Of a stretch of 64,000 bases of DNA, positions 10,965 through 24,230 are shown piece after piece (position 1 is the first letter of the stretch; each line of letters starts with the position of its first letter). Source of the DNA: Psammoneis japonica. Its lineage: Eukaryota. The notes beneath the pieces are model-generated. The model ran no database searches, was not told the DNA's origin, and saw only the letters and a list, made by a program, of their open reading frames with translations. The stretch covers positions 186,001 to 250,000 of the forward strand of contig QPGO01000049.1 of the NCBI GenBank assembly GCA_008632985.1, read 5' to 3'. The position numbers and the translations under genes are program-made.

Positions 10965-12296
10965 CTATCTCCGCCTCGACAGCCATGATCGAGGCCTTGA
11001 TGATATTCTTTTCCAGAGCCCGGGTCTCTTTGTTGACTCTAGATCATCAAATAAACGCCTTTTATCCGGAGTCGAAAACAATGGACTGCGATAAGTATCT
11101 TGAGCACGCAGATTACTCTCCATGCGTTTCACCTCTAGTTGGTGGAGTGAACGTTCCTCCTCCAGTATTCTCTCAAAATTATCTTTTTCAATCTTTTGCA
11201 TGGACGCAAACTTTACCTGTTCCTGCTGCAGCTGCTCCTGGGCTCGGGTCGCTTTCAGCCGCAATTCTTCGTTTTCTTCTTGAGACTCACGCAATCGTTC
11301 CGCAAGTGCAACTTCATCAGCTTGCTCTTCCTTTTTCTCTTTTGCGAGAAGGCAAAGCGACTTGTAGTCATCTCTCAGTTCGTCAAGCTCGCCTTGCAGC
11401 TTCCTGTTTTCCACCAACGCGTCATCATACTTTCGCTCAACCAGCAAAAGCTTCTGACGAACATCCTTCTCGCGTTTTTCCGCCGCTTTTACCGCGCCCT
11501 TTGCAATTTCAATAGATTCCAATTGGTCCTCGTCAACAAAGGATTCTGTCACGTTTTGATATTTCGCAAGCAGTCCTTCCTTTTCTTCGACAGCCTCGGC
11601 GAGCTGCTTTTCGAGCTTCTTTCGTGCCTTTTGTTCTAGGTTGATGGCCTTTTGTGCCTCGTCTTGTTTCGAGTCGAGTGTCTTTTGCAATTTCTCGAGT
11701 TCATCCTGTGCTTGTTCAAGCTTCTCGTCCAAATGAAGCATTTCATTCTTTAGGGCACCCCGCTTTTCTTTTTCCTCCAGCAATTGCTCTTGTTGTCGAC
11801 TTTGCTTCTTTTCATAGTCCAACTGATTATCTTTGATTTGTTGCTTCAATGCTTCAATCGAACTCTTGTCAATTTTTGCTTGCTCTTTGAGTTCGGACTT
11901 GATTTGATCCAATTCCGTTTCAATCTCCTTGATTTGTTGACTCGCTTTTTCTTGTGTCTGCTTTTCCTTGCTGGCTAGTCGTTTCACCACGTCCTGAAGA
12001 ATCGTGGTTTTCGAGTCGGCCAATTGAAACTTTTCGGAAACTTCCTTGAGTTCGGCGACCTTTTCTTTCAAGGTTGCTTGAAGCAGTGCGGCACGATTTT
12101 GGTACCGACGCATCTCATAGTCTTCCTCGGTAGTCACAATAACAACATCTTCTTTTTCTTGTGGTGTAACGGACAAACGTGTCGAGAAAAAATCAATCGG
12201 AGAATTCAACGATTTCGCAATCAGTTGAGGAGAGAAGGCTGATACAAAACGATTGAGAATCAGCGAAACAAGGAATATCAAATATTTTCGACGCAT
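10965..12296 (-). CDS. Predicted plastid-targeted coiled-coil protein
   Basis: 443-aa ORF. Signal peptide followed by VSAFSP (ASAFAP-like bipartite motif). Long E/K/Q-rich helical body. Confidence 0.85.
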   Translation of the reverse strand: MRRKYLIFLVSLILNRFVSAFSPQLIAKSLNSPIDFFSTRLSVTPQEKEDVVIVTTEEDYEMRRYQNRAALLQATLKEKVAELKEVSEKFQLADSKTTILQDVVKRLASKEKQTQEKASQQIKEIETELDQIKSELKEQAKIDKSSIEALKQQIKDNQLDYEKKQSRQQEQLLEEKEKRGALKNEMLHLDEKLEQAQDELEKLQKTLDSKQDEAQKAINLEQKARKKLEKQLAEAVEEKEGLLAKYQNVTESFVDEDQLESIEIAKGAVKAAEKREKDVRQKLLLVERKYDDALVENRKLQGELDELRDDYKSLCLLAKEKKEEQADEVALAERLRESQEENEELRLKATRAQEQLQQEQVKFASMQKIEKDNFERILEEERSLHQLEVKRMESNLRAQDTYRSPLFSTPDKRRLFDDLESTKRPGLWKRISSRPRSWLSRRR

Positions 12297-12876
12297 GCTG
12301 AGGTCAGTCTTCTTTGTTTCCCTTGCTGTGGCTTCTTGTCTTCTTGTTCAGCGCCAAGATGCACGTGTATGGTTTCATGACACAACACACTTTTCGCTTG
12401 TGAAGATGTTGTGATGTGGGATGTGGGATGCGGGATGCGATGCGAGATGCGATGATCCATGATGCCCATCAGGAGAGAGATGAGCGCGCGCAACGCACGC
12501 TACAGTACCTATGAGTATTATGCAACGCACGCCTCTGGGGGGTGCGACGCACGGATTTGAGTAAGATACTACGAGCCAGCCAGCTATTGTTCAAAAAGCA
12601 TTTATGATACATATTTATTTCTTTATCAATGCATTAATAAAAATAATTACCTGTCTCACGATTCAAATTATTTCCTTATTCCTCATAGCTATAGCTCTAT
12701 ATTATTCGTTGGATCTTGTTTGAAGATCGCAGAAGCGCTCTTCGCCAAGAACGCCCAACCGACCAGCGATCCTCTCACCTCTCACAAAATCGCCAAACAG
12801 GGTCCAACAAAACCAAACACACGAGTGTGAAAGGAAATCAGCATTGACAACAAGGAGTATTACTCTCAATCATCTC

Positions 12877-13784
12877 ATGATGAAGATGCTTCGCGCATTC
12901 ATATCTTGAGCTTGGTCTTTTTTGCATGCCGAGCCGAGGATGCGAACGACTATCAAGATTGGTACGAAAACTGCGACGACGCCGTCGTGCAGGTATCCAA
13001 CTTGGAGGTGCTCTGTGACAGCAATCGTACGTACTACTATGGAAGCAGCGTCCATCGAAACAGTGTATACTGTGACGAAGTGGACAAGGCCAAAATTTCT
13101 ATAGACTTTGATGTTGATCAAGACTTGGGGACGAGTGACATTTACATGGCCATGGCGATTTCCAATGAAGCCGGTGATGTCGTGTACAAGGAAGGGCCGT
13201 CGAGTGTTTGTGACATGGTCGGCCAAGACTGTTTTTATCAAGGGTCCTATTCTTTCTCCAAGCAAGTTTATCTGCAGGTGGGCCCACGAAACCAAACCAA
13301 CTTTTTGCCCTTTATGCAGCTGGCATTTTCACAGAAACAAAATGGCAAATCGGACCTTGGCGGAGTCAACATTGAGAATTGCGGCACAGGCACGGTATCC
13401 GGCTCACAGGTTGGCTCAAAACGAAGTTTCTTTGGAATTCTAGGCACTATTGCTATGCTTCTCGCAGTCTCTGCGGCCGCATTCATGCTTGTTCAACACG
13501 TTCTGCGCTACCAGCATGCCAAAAGGAAACGTGACAAGTCGCGAATGGATCAGGAAGATTACGGAATTATTGTCGGAGATGGACCCGAAAAATCAAAATC
13601 TTTGGTTTCTTCCGAGGATGTCAATGATGAGATATCGAGCAATTCCACGGTAGACAATAGCCAGCCCTCGGATCCTGAAGAAGACGATGCCTATCAAGCG
13701 TTTGATTTCGAGGACCATCCCAAGCGAAAACTCAAGCGTGGCCACTCATTATTGCGGCTTCTACGGAGAAAGTCAAGCAAGTAG
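12877..13784 (+). CDS. Single-pass membrane protein of unknown function (apparent frameshift near 12903)
   Basis: Cys-containing ectodomain and a TM segment FFGILGTIAMLLAVSAAAFMLV. The ATG at 12877 (MMKMLRAFI) is one frame off the 292-aa ORF; joining them gives a signal peptide. Confidence 0.7.
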
Positions 13785-14344
13785 AGGATGTTGGTATGCA
13801 ACGGATATTGTCAACATTTGTAGTTCTTAAAGACGTTTTTAGTGAAAAGAACTTTAGGCTCTAAAGATTGTGTGAACGAAAGACCAAGAATGATTGAGGA
13901 CTTCAGGTTGAAACAGTTTTCCTTGGAGGTTTGGTTCGGTTGGTCCAGCTAATTGTTGGATTGCGTTCAAGGCGATCCTCTTTGCGTTGTTTATGGATAC
14001 ACAAGCGTACGGATTGGCGGCATTCTATTCATCGATCCTTGATCCTTGGCTGATAGACTACATACCGGTAGATCGAATCGAAAATCACACTCCAGTCGTC
14101 AGTCCCTCATACGTTGCGGATATAAATTTTTGAAAATGACTGCTGAACGTTGGAATCCAGTATAGTTTCTACATACAACAAAGCCCCGTAAGACCTGCGT
14201 AATTTCGGATTTTTTCCCAAAACGAAAATCCAACCCCACACGCAACACGCAACGAACAACGACAACAGACAACAGAGAGCCAAAAGAAAGCAACGTCGTA
14301 CTCCCAATTTTGTTTGACTTATCTTTATTGACTATTGATTGAAA

Positions 14345-15317
14345 ATGTCTAATGAGGGAAAGAATGAAAATACTGAGGAAAGCGTCAAGGTGGTGTTGAA
14401 ACAAACCTTGCTGAAAGTAGACGAGGTCTTTGTTTACCGTATACCTCCCATGAAGACTGCCGGTGGACATCGGTAAGTGCCCGACGACTTCTTCGCTCAC
14501 CCAGTAGAAAATAGAATCAGCCACATTTTCACTGATTTGCATTCCTTCTCATTCTTGACCGTTGCTTCTCGCGTTACTGTAATATAGTGCCGAAGACTGG
14601 GATCTCGCCAAGCCGTTCGCCACGTGTTCTCTCGACGTGGAACGACGCGACGATGCCTGTATCATTTCCTTTTTTATTGCCAAACCCAAAGAGGGCGGAC
14701 CGGAGGGTGCCACGGAGCCATCGCTATTTGCACAGTGCCAAATTGTCTTGCTGGAAAACAAAAAGCCCATCAAGCACTGGGTCGAAGCCGTGGTGGATTC
14801 GTCTCGGTACTTTGCCGTGCGCATTTCGGATGGCAAGCAGCGAGAGGCACATGTCGGCATGGGATTTCGTGAACGAGATGATGCGTCCAATTTTAAAATG
14901 AGCTTGCTGGAGTATGAAAATTCTATAATGCGAGAACGAAAGGGAGAAGAAATGCACCTGGCGTATGAACAAAAGGAAGAAGAAGAGGAAGTTGAAGCAG
15001 CGGCAGCGGGACTGCCGGCGGTCAGCAAGCTAACTCTAAAGGAAGGAGAAAAGATTCACATTAATCTAAAGGGAACGCCGTCAAGGCCAAAAAAGGACAA
15101 ACCAAAGCAGCAGCAATGCAAAGGCGCCGCTACTCTTTTACGCAAACCGCCTCCACCGCCAGCTGCACAAGGCGAAGAAGCCGTTTCAGAAATCGAGGTT
15201 GTGAAATCCGCAGAGCCTGATGCTGTAGAGGAGGACACTTCGGAATGCGCGGTCGCTGATGCTCAAGATGTGGATGATGATGATGAATGGGGTGACTTTG
15301 AAGGCCCATCCACCTGA
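14345..15317 (+). CDS. NECAP: Adaptin ear-binding coat-associated protein (NECAP, PHear domain); intron 14473-14587
   Basis: VFVYRIPP...GHR|AEDW across a GT-AG intron, VEAVVDSSRYFAVRI, GMGFRERDDA, C-terminal WGDF motif. Confidence 0.92.
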
Positions 15318-15559
15318 TGACCCTGTAACCTGTAGTGTTTGGCAGCGTCTAACAAACGCGTGGTTCAGCAAACTGGAACCCGAGACCGGTGGAGGTCTGC
15401 CCAAAAGGATCGAAACATCTCAAAGAAAGATAGTAGTTTGAACCATCAGTTTTTCTCTTGCATAGTAGTCGCAGTTCTTACTATCGACTTGAGCTGAGCA
15501 CAAACACCCATTTCTTAAAGTTGTCAGCACAATCACTGACTTTTTGGTGCTGTTGCTAT

Positions 15560-18500
15560 TACACACTGCTGAGGTAGAAAGGAAGATCTTGTCAGGTCAT
15601 GAGTTCCTTCCACGTTGCGTCTCTCATCTCTGCGTTGTCATTTGAGTGCTGTTTGAAAGAGCTGAGGTTGCACTGGCAGCCCCGTGATTTGCCACTGTGT
15701 TCTTTTGAAACAAGAAGTAGAACATGTGCCAGAGCCCATGTCAGCCTCCAATTTTTTGGTCACTGTGCACACAGAGCCTCTTTTAGCTGCAGTCTTCACT
15801 CACCTGATCACATGACACACTCAACCAAATGTTCTTCAGTGAACTCCACTGTCTTGATGACTCATTTGCCCTGCAAGATCCTGGCATCATTTTGACCATT
15901 GTGGCCAGATTGTCAATGACATTGTCACTCCCACGGTTTTGCTGAAGAAACAGCCAATTCTTTGACAATGAGCACTGTTGTCTCACACCCATGCTGTGTT
16001 CAAAGTGACTTGCAACATAACTCCAAAAAACAAGTGTAACTTGATGCCACAGGGGCATTTTGAAAATGCAACATGCTGTCTCCTTGAAGTCTGTCAAGAC
16101 TCAATTCTTGTGGTCTTTGTGATCACCAGGTGGCACGTCATTGTTCCAGCAGCAGAAAGGGTGATTTCACACCTCAATTGGGGGATGATTTTTTGCTTCA
16201 TTCTTCTTTGCAATTGTTCTTGCAACACCTTGGTCTGAATGCCATGACCTGTGTTTTTGTGTGCTGTCTTGCAGGATGATGCTCAGCAGACAAAAGAAGA
16301 AAGAAGGCAAAAGGGTCAAACACACCACTGAAAGCGGGATCCATGAAACTCCCATTGCCATGCCACCCCCTGTGCAATCTGCAGTGAGTGTGTGTGCACA
16401 TGATGTGAATGATCACACAGTGTCATCATGCCAAAAATGTGATGCACTCCCACTCAGTGATTTCAAACAACTCATGAATTTGTGCACACCTTTGCGATGC
16501 CTTGGCGGCACCAACACAAATGGTGTTCCAAATCCATGAATTTTTGCTGCTTTGCACCCATGAGGAACACTTCAAAATGCATCAATTTGAACAAAACCTG
16601 GGAGCAGCTTGCTTGTCAAGCTTGAGACAATGACATGCTCAAAGACATTTTTGCATGATGCGTTCCAGCTCTAGATGGGAACTCGCAGCACCAGGGTGGG
16701 ACATGGCACAAAAATCATGTGGGATTCCACAGGGAAAAAGGTGTGAAATGGGATTCTTCAAAACTGAGAATTGCTCAAGGTGGACCATCCTGCAACATCA
16801 TTTTGACATGTCAGAAAAATGTTGCAGGACATTTAACATGCTTCAAAACCCCTTCACAGAAGAGTTTTGCAAATCACAAAAGCAGCCATTTTCCCTCATC
16901 TTTCAACTGTTTTTCTGTTTTTTTTTTTGTGCAATTGTGACATCATGCTGTGAGAAAATCCATTCATTGAGTCAACACATTTAACAGCAATTTTGCAGCA
17001 GTTAGACTTGGAAATGCTTTCAATGGAGTTCAACACTGGAAATGAAAAATGTGGAACAAAGTTGCAACTGAACATGACACGAAGAGTGCATCGCACACTG
17101 GGGTGCCAAAGGAAATGCCAAACAGCTCTGTTTTGACAAGACAGATGAAATCAAGTGTGGTGGATCTGATGTGGTGTGGCCATTGTTGGGACTTGCAGAC
17201 CAGAACATGGCAAAAATTCCAGTGCCTCCTGCTCCACCTTCCTGCATGCCCTGGCTTTTCCATCTGGCACCCTCCTTCCTTCACAGCTGATTTTGCCTGG
17301 CATTGCCTCTTTGATGATCACTTTGGCAGCTCCCATCATTCCATCTCTCCATCTCAACAGGCCATTCAAAAGCTCAGCTGCAACCTGGTCTGCCATCTCT
17401 CTGTGCATGCCCTCCACTTTGCCTCCTCTCTCCCTGCTCCCTGAGATGACCGGCAATTTCCACTGCCTGCAGAAATGTGCACAGTTTTTGTGCTGTGACA
17501 GGGCAACAAAGCAAAGCACCATGTCTCCATCCATGTTTGGCTTGCAACCACAACAGGAATCATGCAGCAGATGACTCAGCTCCACCGCCATGTTCCAGCA
17601 TGTTGGGATCATCTGCAGTTGATGTGTTGGGTCCAGCCTCATTGTCACAACTTGGAGACAAGCTCAAGAAAGACAAGGTGCTTCCATTGAGCAAGAACTG
17701 CTCTTTTTTGTTGCGTCAACCACTGCTGAACAACCACAATCAACACTGGAAACCACAGAGGTGCAAGTTTGCATTGACCATGATGCCCACACAATCATTT
17801 GAGGCTGCAGCATCATGGATTTTATCCTCATGATTGTGCGCATGTTTAAAGAATTGATCATGTGCACCACAACAACTCATTGTTCAAGTTGCATTTGTGC
17901 TTGTTGAATCTCATGCACAGCCAACAGACCATTGTCCACACCACAAAAAGGCATTGACAACATGTGGGCACAACAAAGGCAGCAGCCAATCAAAGCGTTG
18001 TCACATCAAAAGCGTGTCCTTTAGGCACAATGCCAAAATGTGACATCATGCAACCTTCTGGCACTTGAAACACAGCACTGTGACAGCACAACAAACATGA
18101 CAGAGTTCAGACAACTGAGAAAGTTAAATTCACACTTTTGATGTTGCACACAACATGCAACAACAAGGTTTTCATGCCTGCAAGATGCATCAATTTGTTG
18201 GTGTCACACAATCTTCTTCTGCTGGATCTTTTGTTCCATTTTGAGGTCCACCCACTTCAACATCTTCTTCTGCAGTGCCACAAAGAATGTCCTTTGTTGA
18301 CATTGCCATCACTTGTGTCACTTGCGCCAACAGCACGCACTTTCTGAGCATGCATCACACAGTGAATGTCATTGTCATCATCACCAAATGATGCAAGCAA
18401 CTCTTTTGTGCCAAGAGGAGGTGCAGTCTTGCAACTGGATGGGGCAGGAGGAGCGCAATTTTCCAGGTCATTTTTCCAGATCTTGGTGGCTAAAGCCACC

Positions 18501-21500
18501 CAGTCTGTTCTTCAACACTCACATCACAGAGGCTGCATGGGAAGTTGGCCAGGTTGTGGGCTGGAACAGTTTGCTGCTGCAGTGCAGCCCTTGACTCCTG
18601 GGCCAATTGGAAGCCAGGGAGATGAGGGTGGTCCACAAAAACAGTCTTGAGCTCAGCAGCACCAGTGCTGCAATTAAAACAATGAGCTTCAAATGTGTTT
18701 TTCTTGCCAGTTTTTGTTCCAACACAATGTGGCACATGCACGCATTGGAGAAGCAGTGCACCTGACCATCAGGTGGTGTGTGTCACTGTGCCTGTTTCAT
18801 GCAGACCTCAGTGGCTAAAGCCACCTGGTCCACTCTTCCACAGCCATGTCACAGAGACTGTGCAGGAAGTTGGCCAGGGTGTTGCTTGTGACATTTCTTG
18901 TGCACAAGAACATTGAAGCAGGGAGAAGTGGTTTTCCGCTTGGAGGGAACTGCTTTTTGGACACCATCCAGCAGGACAAGCTTGGGGCAAAGGCAGAAAT
19001 TCACCTCAGCAGCACATGCAACAAGAGAACCACACATGTTGCTGAGTTAAGTTTGTGTTGGTGCTGAACCGCTTTCTTGTGAGCCTCAACTTTCGATTCA
19101 GAAAAATGCAAGCAGGAGAGAATTAAGAATTGGGGACAAGTCTTCAGGATTTCCAGCAAGACTTCCAGTGCTTCCTTGGCTTTGTCTTGCAGCTTTTTGA
19201 TGGAACAGAACTCTGCGTGGACTAAATTGTCAGTTGGGGAAGAAATCTTCTGGGGGACAAGCCGGACTGGCAATTTTGCATGACAGTTGTTTGGCACAAT
19301 GTCCTGGAGACATTTGACAACCACATCAGCAGAACAGCATTTGGGGAGATCCTCAGAAATTTGAGCTGCAGGGACCAGGTCAGTGGCAGTCTCATCCCAT
19401 TCATGGCAGTGCACACAAATGGAATCATCCTCAAGAGTTTTGGTCACAAAGGGGATGTCTTCAATGTCAGAGAGAGTGATGGTGGCATGGAGGGGATGAG
19501 TGATGACATGCATTGGCTTGCAATGATGAGTGCCACCAATGCGATGAATGCAAAATGATGAGAGCAAGTTAAACCAGCAGTCCAATGATCCACCACATTG
19601 ATTTTGGGAATATCTTTCGCTGTTGGAGAGTGTGTTTGTCTTGTTGACTGGAGTGTCTTGGGTGGCCTTTTGTTGTTGAAGGGTCTGTAAAACCATCGTG
19701 TGGCCAGTGGCAAGCACAGTGGAAGTGTTGGGGTCATTGAAGGTGCACTCACAAAATGGAGAGTGATTTTGGCAGTGTCATCACCTTTGGATGTTCTGCT
19801 TCCAGCAGAGGTTGGAGCAGGAGGAAACTTGCCAATGGCACTGGGAGGATCAGGAGGAGAAGTGCCGGGAAGCCTGGCCTGAGGTGATGGAGAGGTTGTC
19901 ATGGTGACAAAAACGCAGTGCAAAAAACATGCAGAATTCCATGCAGAACTCGTTGATGTGAGGCTGCACAGAAAAGTGGCACGCATGTGACAGAAGCACA
20001 GTGGAACATCAACATGGCATTGGCAGGGTCCCAGCCAGCTCTGACATCTGAAGTTTCTTTCCTGGTGCCATCATATTTTTTAGCAAGACAAACCACCACC
20101 ACATGTGACTGAGTTGGGTCTGCATCATGCACTTGGAAACTGACAAAGCTGTTTGTGCATGTGACCTCTCTTGAGAATGTCATGACTGAATGAGCATTTG
20201 AGGTGGCTTGCCAGGCACACTTGTCATCCTGTGAAAATTTCACACCACAGGCCACAGACAACACTGCAGAATGGGAAAAATGATTTGGGGAAATTGATGA
20301 AAGGGCTGTTGACCAGCTTGAGTCTGTCCATCAAAGGACAGATGTCCAGTGCTTGCCATTTGCTTGACTGCACCAATTGCTGATTCCCCACCAGCTGACA
20401 AGGTTGTGCTTTGTTGTTGTTGCAACAACAACAACAAAAAGACAGCCAAAAGGAAGAAGCCAGTTCCCACCACACAGGCACACCTCCCTGCTCATCCTCA
20501 GTTTGCCATGACAGATCAAGGAGGAGGAGCAGTGCCACCTGCTGCTGGGCTGCAGCTGGACAACTGCCCCAGCAGCCACAGCAACAGCACCAGCTTCTGC
20601 CACAGCACAGCCAGAGGGATGGCAACCACCAGCTCAGCAGCGGGCACAACAGGCACCCCCAGCAGCTGCACCACCCCACCATCATGACAGCAGGCCTTTG
20701 GACAAGCAGCACCAGGTGCACAGATTGTGCTGTGCCAAGGCCCCCTTTTGGGACAGTGCACCACCATGACCTGCATGGCATGCACAGTGTCCTTAAAGAA
20801 ATGCATCCCATGCACCACAGGAGCCAAACTCCATGGTCTGTGATGCCAGCAGTGCTGATGCTGGCCAAGGAACTCTCCACACCCACTGGGCATCCCAGCA
20901 CCATGCAGGGCCACTGTGCCACATTGCACATCACCCCATCTGCTTGGGTGTGGGGCACCCTCACCTGCCCTTTTGGTGGCAATGCCCACACATTTGTGGG
21001 TGATGCGCACAATGGACAAACGTCTCACCAGCAGGCATCATTGCCCAACAATGCATGCCATGGCATTGTCAGCGCCACACGTGGGTTCCATCACCCAGCT
21101 GGTTGATCAGCGCTTGGCAGCAGATGCAAATTTGGAAATGGTCAGGTTGTTTGACCCACCATGCCGGACCTCACAACAGTGCTGCTCACCGCAGAAGCCC
21201 ATCAGTTTGCAGTGGGGCTCAATGTCCCAGTCACTGACACACACACTGCAAGACAGGAGGACCATCAGTGGAAAGATCATGACCACCAGAACTGTGCCCC
21301 GGGCAGTGCAGCTGCGTGAAATTGTGGAGCCAGTTTGATTCCATGAGCCCCTTCTTGGAGACACAATTGCACAAATGGTTTTTACCCTGTGGTGGCAGGA
21401 TGCATTTGAATGTAAAAATGAAAAAATCAAACNNNNNNNNNNNNNNNNNNNNNNNNNNNNNNNNNNNNNNNNNNNNNNNNNNNNNNNNNNNNNNNNNNNN

Positions 21501-22870
21501 NNNNNNNNNNNNNNNNNNNNNNNNNNNNNNNNNNNNNNNNNNNNNNNNNNNNNNNNNNNNNNNNNNNNNNNNNNNNNNNNNNNNNNNNNNNNNNNNNNNN
21601 NNNNNNNNNNNNNNNNNNNNNNNNTTGCAAGTTCATCATGTGAGAAGCTGAGTTGGAGTGAGTGCACCCTGTGAGACCTGGTTGTGCAGCATCTCACATC
21701 AGCACCACCAGTCTGCAAGACTCAGTTGTCTGCAAATGACTGGGTTCATTTCCAAGAATGCACAGGTTTCCCAGCCCTGGCCCCAGATCTCACAGCCACT
21801 TTAAAGGACATTGACAAACAAAAGGGTTGGGGGGCCAGGATTCCTGTTGCACTGTTTTTGAGTTGCCACAATTTGCCTCCCAGTCAGATGCCTGCTCTGA
21901 GGTCTCAGGCTTCACCACAGACCCACCATTGGCAGCAGAGTTGTGTGCACCAGCACCAGTGCATGCTCCAGAAATGGGAGCTGCAGGTGGCAGAGTGTGC
22001 AAGGCAGGCCATGTGTCATTGCCATTGCAAAAGTGTCAGCAGCTCAACCACATCATCAAATCTGTGAAGGCTTGCTGCCACCACAACATCACCTTGCCAA
22101 TGAGCCCATGCCACAAGGCCAACATGACCTTGTGCTTGGCATGCCACACCAAGGGCATGTGAGGTGAAAATTGTGGATTGGTGGCAAGCCATGCACCTCA
22201 CACTGTGGAGAAGAAGGTCTCACTCTGTGCTTGATGTGAGCCCAATTGCAAGACAGAGTGGGATGCAAGCAGGGGCAGCTGCCATGTGCACCCTGCCCTG
22301 AGACACCAATGTCCCTTCCACATCCTCCTGCCAACACACCCTCTGGGCCCTTGATCACCAATGAGCGCCACTGGCTCAACCTGTCAGCACTTCAGGCTTC
22401 ACAGGCTGCCACAGAGAAACTGTGCAAGATTGCAGAAAGTGACATTGATGACCTCCACAAAAGGTGCTGACTCAACTGCACTGTTCTGCCATTGTTGGGG
22501 CTGTGGCAGCTTCACAAACTGCCACTGCAGAGGACAACACAATCTGGCCTGACAGCTGGCCCATCAGCCAGGCAGCTGTGTTGCACCAGCCATGATGCAG
22601 GTGCCCCTTGGAGATCCTCTCAACCTGGAGACCTTGTGCTTGTCACCCCACCACCCCAAGCACTGCAGCTCAGCTGTGCACTTGAACAGCTCATCACACA
22701 AACAGTGCTTTCCCAAGGTGCCTGCTCTCTTGTTCTGAACAAAGAAGTCCCCTTGTGCCAAGGCTTTTCTGCCCCTGCCACACTCCCACCCACAAAGTTC
22801 GTTGTTGGTGGCCTGCGCCTTTGGTCCTCACCAAAAGTGGGCCTGGGAGCTCCATAAATGGACCTCCACC
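15560..22870. other. TpA/CpG-depleted hypermutated repeat zone 2 (unclassified TE remnants)
   Basis: Same dinucleotide signature as zone 1, with many short Tyr-poor ORFs on both strands. Confidence 0.8.
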
Positions 22871-23150
22871 ACCAACTGGAAGTTAAAGATGGAGTTCTTA
22901 GCTGTGCAGTTCGAAGCGGCGGCAGCCGCTGCAGAACGGGAAGATGACATGACCAAAGAGCTGTTGATCGGGCGCGGCTCGAGTCTGTCCATCAAAGGAC
23001 AGACGTCCAACGCTATTCAGTCAGATTAGTTAGTAGCTCGCTATTACTTCTATTGTAAATCGCCGATGATTTTTCCTCGGCCGATAATGTCATTCTTTGT
23101 TGTTGCAACAACAACAAGTAGATGGCTAAAAGGACCCTCCCTCCCACCCA
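20262..23150 (+). mobile_element. Degenerate element bounded by ~200-bp direct repeats; possible DIRS/Ngaro-like remnant
   Basis: 20262-20470 is similar to 22927-23150 (shared GAGTCTGTCCATCAAAGGACAGA). Gag-like Cys/His motif 'LCLACHTKG..GENCG..SHAPH' near 22130-22200. Confidence 0.35.
21433..21625. other. Assembly gap (N run)
   Basis: Run of n bases. Confidence 1.
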
Positions 23151-24230
23151 CCCCTAGCTAGGAGCCAGTGCACTGGGCTCTTGATGATTGGGTCTGGAGC
23201 TCGAGCTCGGTAGCCGCAGTCTCTCGAAGCTGGACCAATCAATTGCAGCATTCTGCCAAAAAGGAGCTTGTGCGAACGGAAGGGATGACGACCACACCAT
23301 GACAATGATGCGTCACTGATCAAAGATGGAGTCCTAATTTCATGTATCATTTATTACTATCAGTTACATTTGACGCACCGCTGCGTTCGAAACACGAGAG
23401 AAGATTAGCTTTCTGATTTTCATCACCATGTCAAACATCAACGGTGCTTTCACCCATACCTTTCCTATGGAAGTTGAGTAAATAATGCATCACGGCTACA
23501 AGGAATCACTGCAGTTTTCTGCTTTTACGACGGATGCGATTCGGAGGCACTTTATCCGGCGCCTCCAATTTTTCCTTCCATAACCGACAGAGCTACTGTC
23601 TGGAGAGCTGTTGAAAGAGCATCTTTCTTGAGTGTCAGTGTCTGCGGGTGATAAGGATCCAACGGATGCCGCGCTATCGTACCGGTCTTCCGTGACGTAA
23701 AGGTCAAAGGAGCACCATTCATACCGAAGATTGACTTTTCGGTAACATCGTACCCCGAGAACAGAGTTGCATGGTCAGTTCAGAATCATTATAAACTCCT
23801 TTGGAGTCCAGTCTAACTGGTTTGGAAAGAGTGTTGGGCGGCAGGTGTGACGACTCAATGCGTGCATTACCCTTTATGGTAAGCAAAATAGATTTCACCT
23901 TTCTCCTCTTGTTAGAAAGGGTGCTGAGTGCTGAGCTTGTACCGGTATGTCGTTTCTAATTCTGCTGTCTTTGCGGTCGTTTCTCGACACAGGTGTTGTT
24001 GCAAGACCCAGCAAGGAAAAGAACAACATCGCAGGACGCATTTCTTATCAAAGATGAAGTCCTAAGTGTATGTAACATTTATATCCACAACGTACTTGGT
24101 GGAACACCGATCCGTTTGAAATGCGAGAGAAAATAGCCTTTTGATTTCTCCTCTCCATATCAAAAATCAACGGCGCTTTCGCATATACGTTTCTTCATTG
24201 CTACCGGTACAAGAAATTGTGGTCCGCCGC

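Noticed and set aside
178..22860. Numerous 60-240 aa Cys/His-rich ORFs on both strands in the repeat zones
   Set aside because: Artefacts of TAA/TAG depletion. They are Tyr-poor and lack coherent gene structure.
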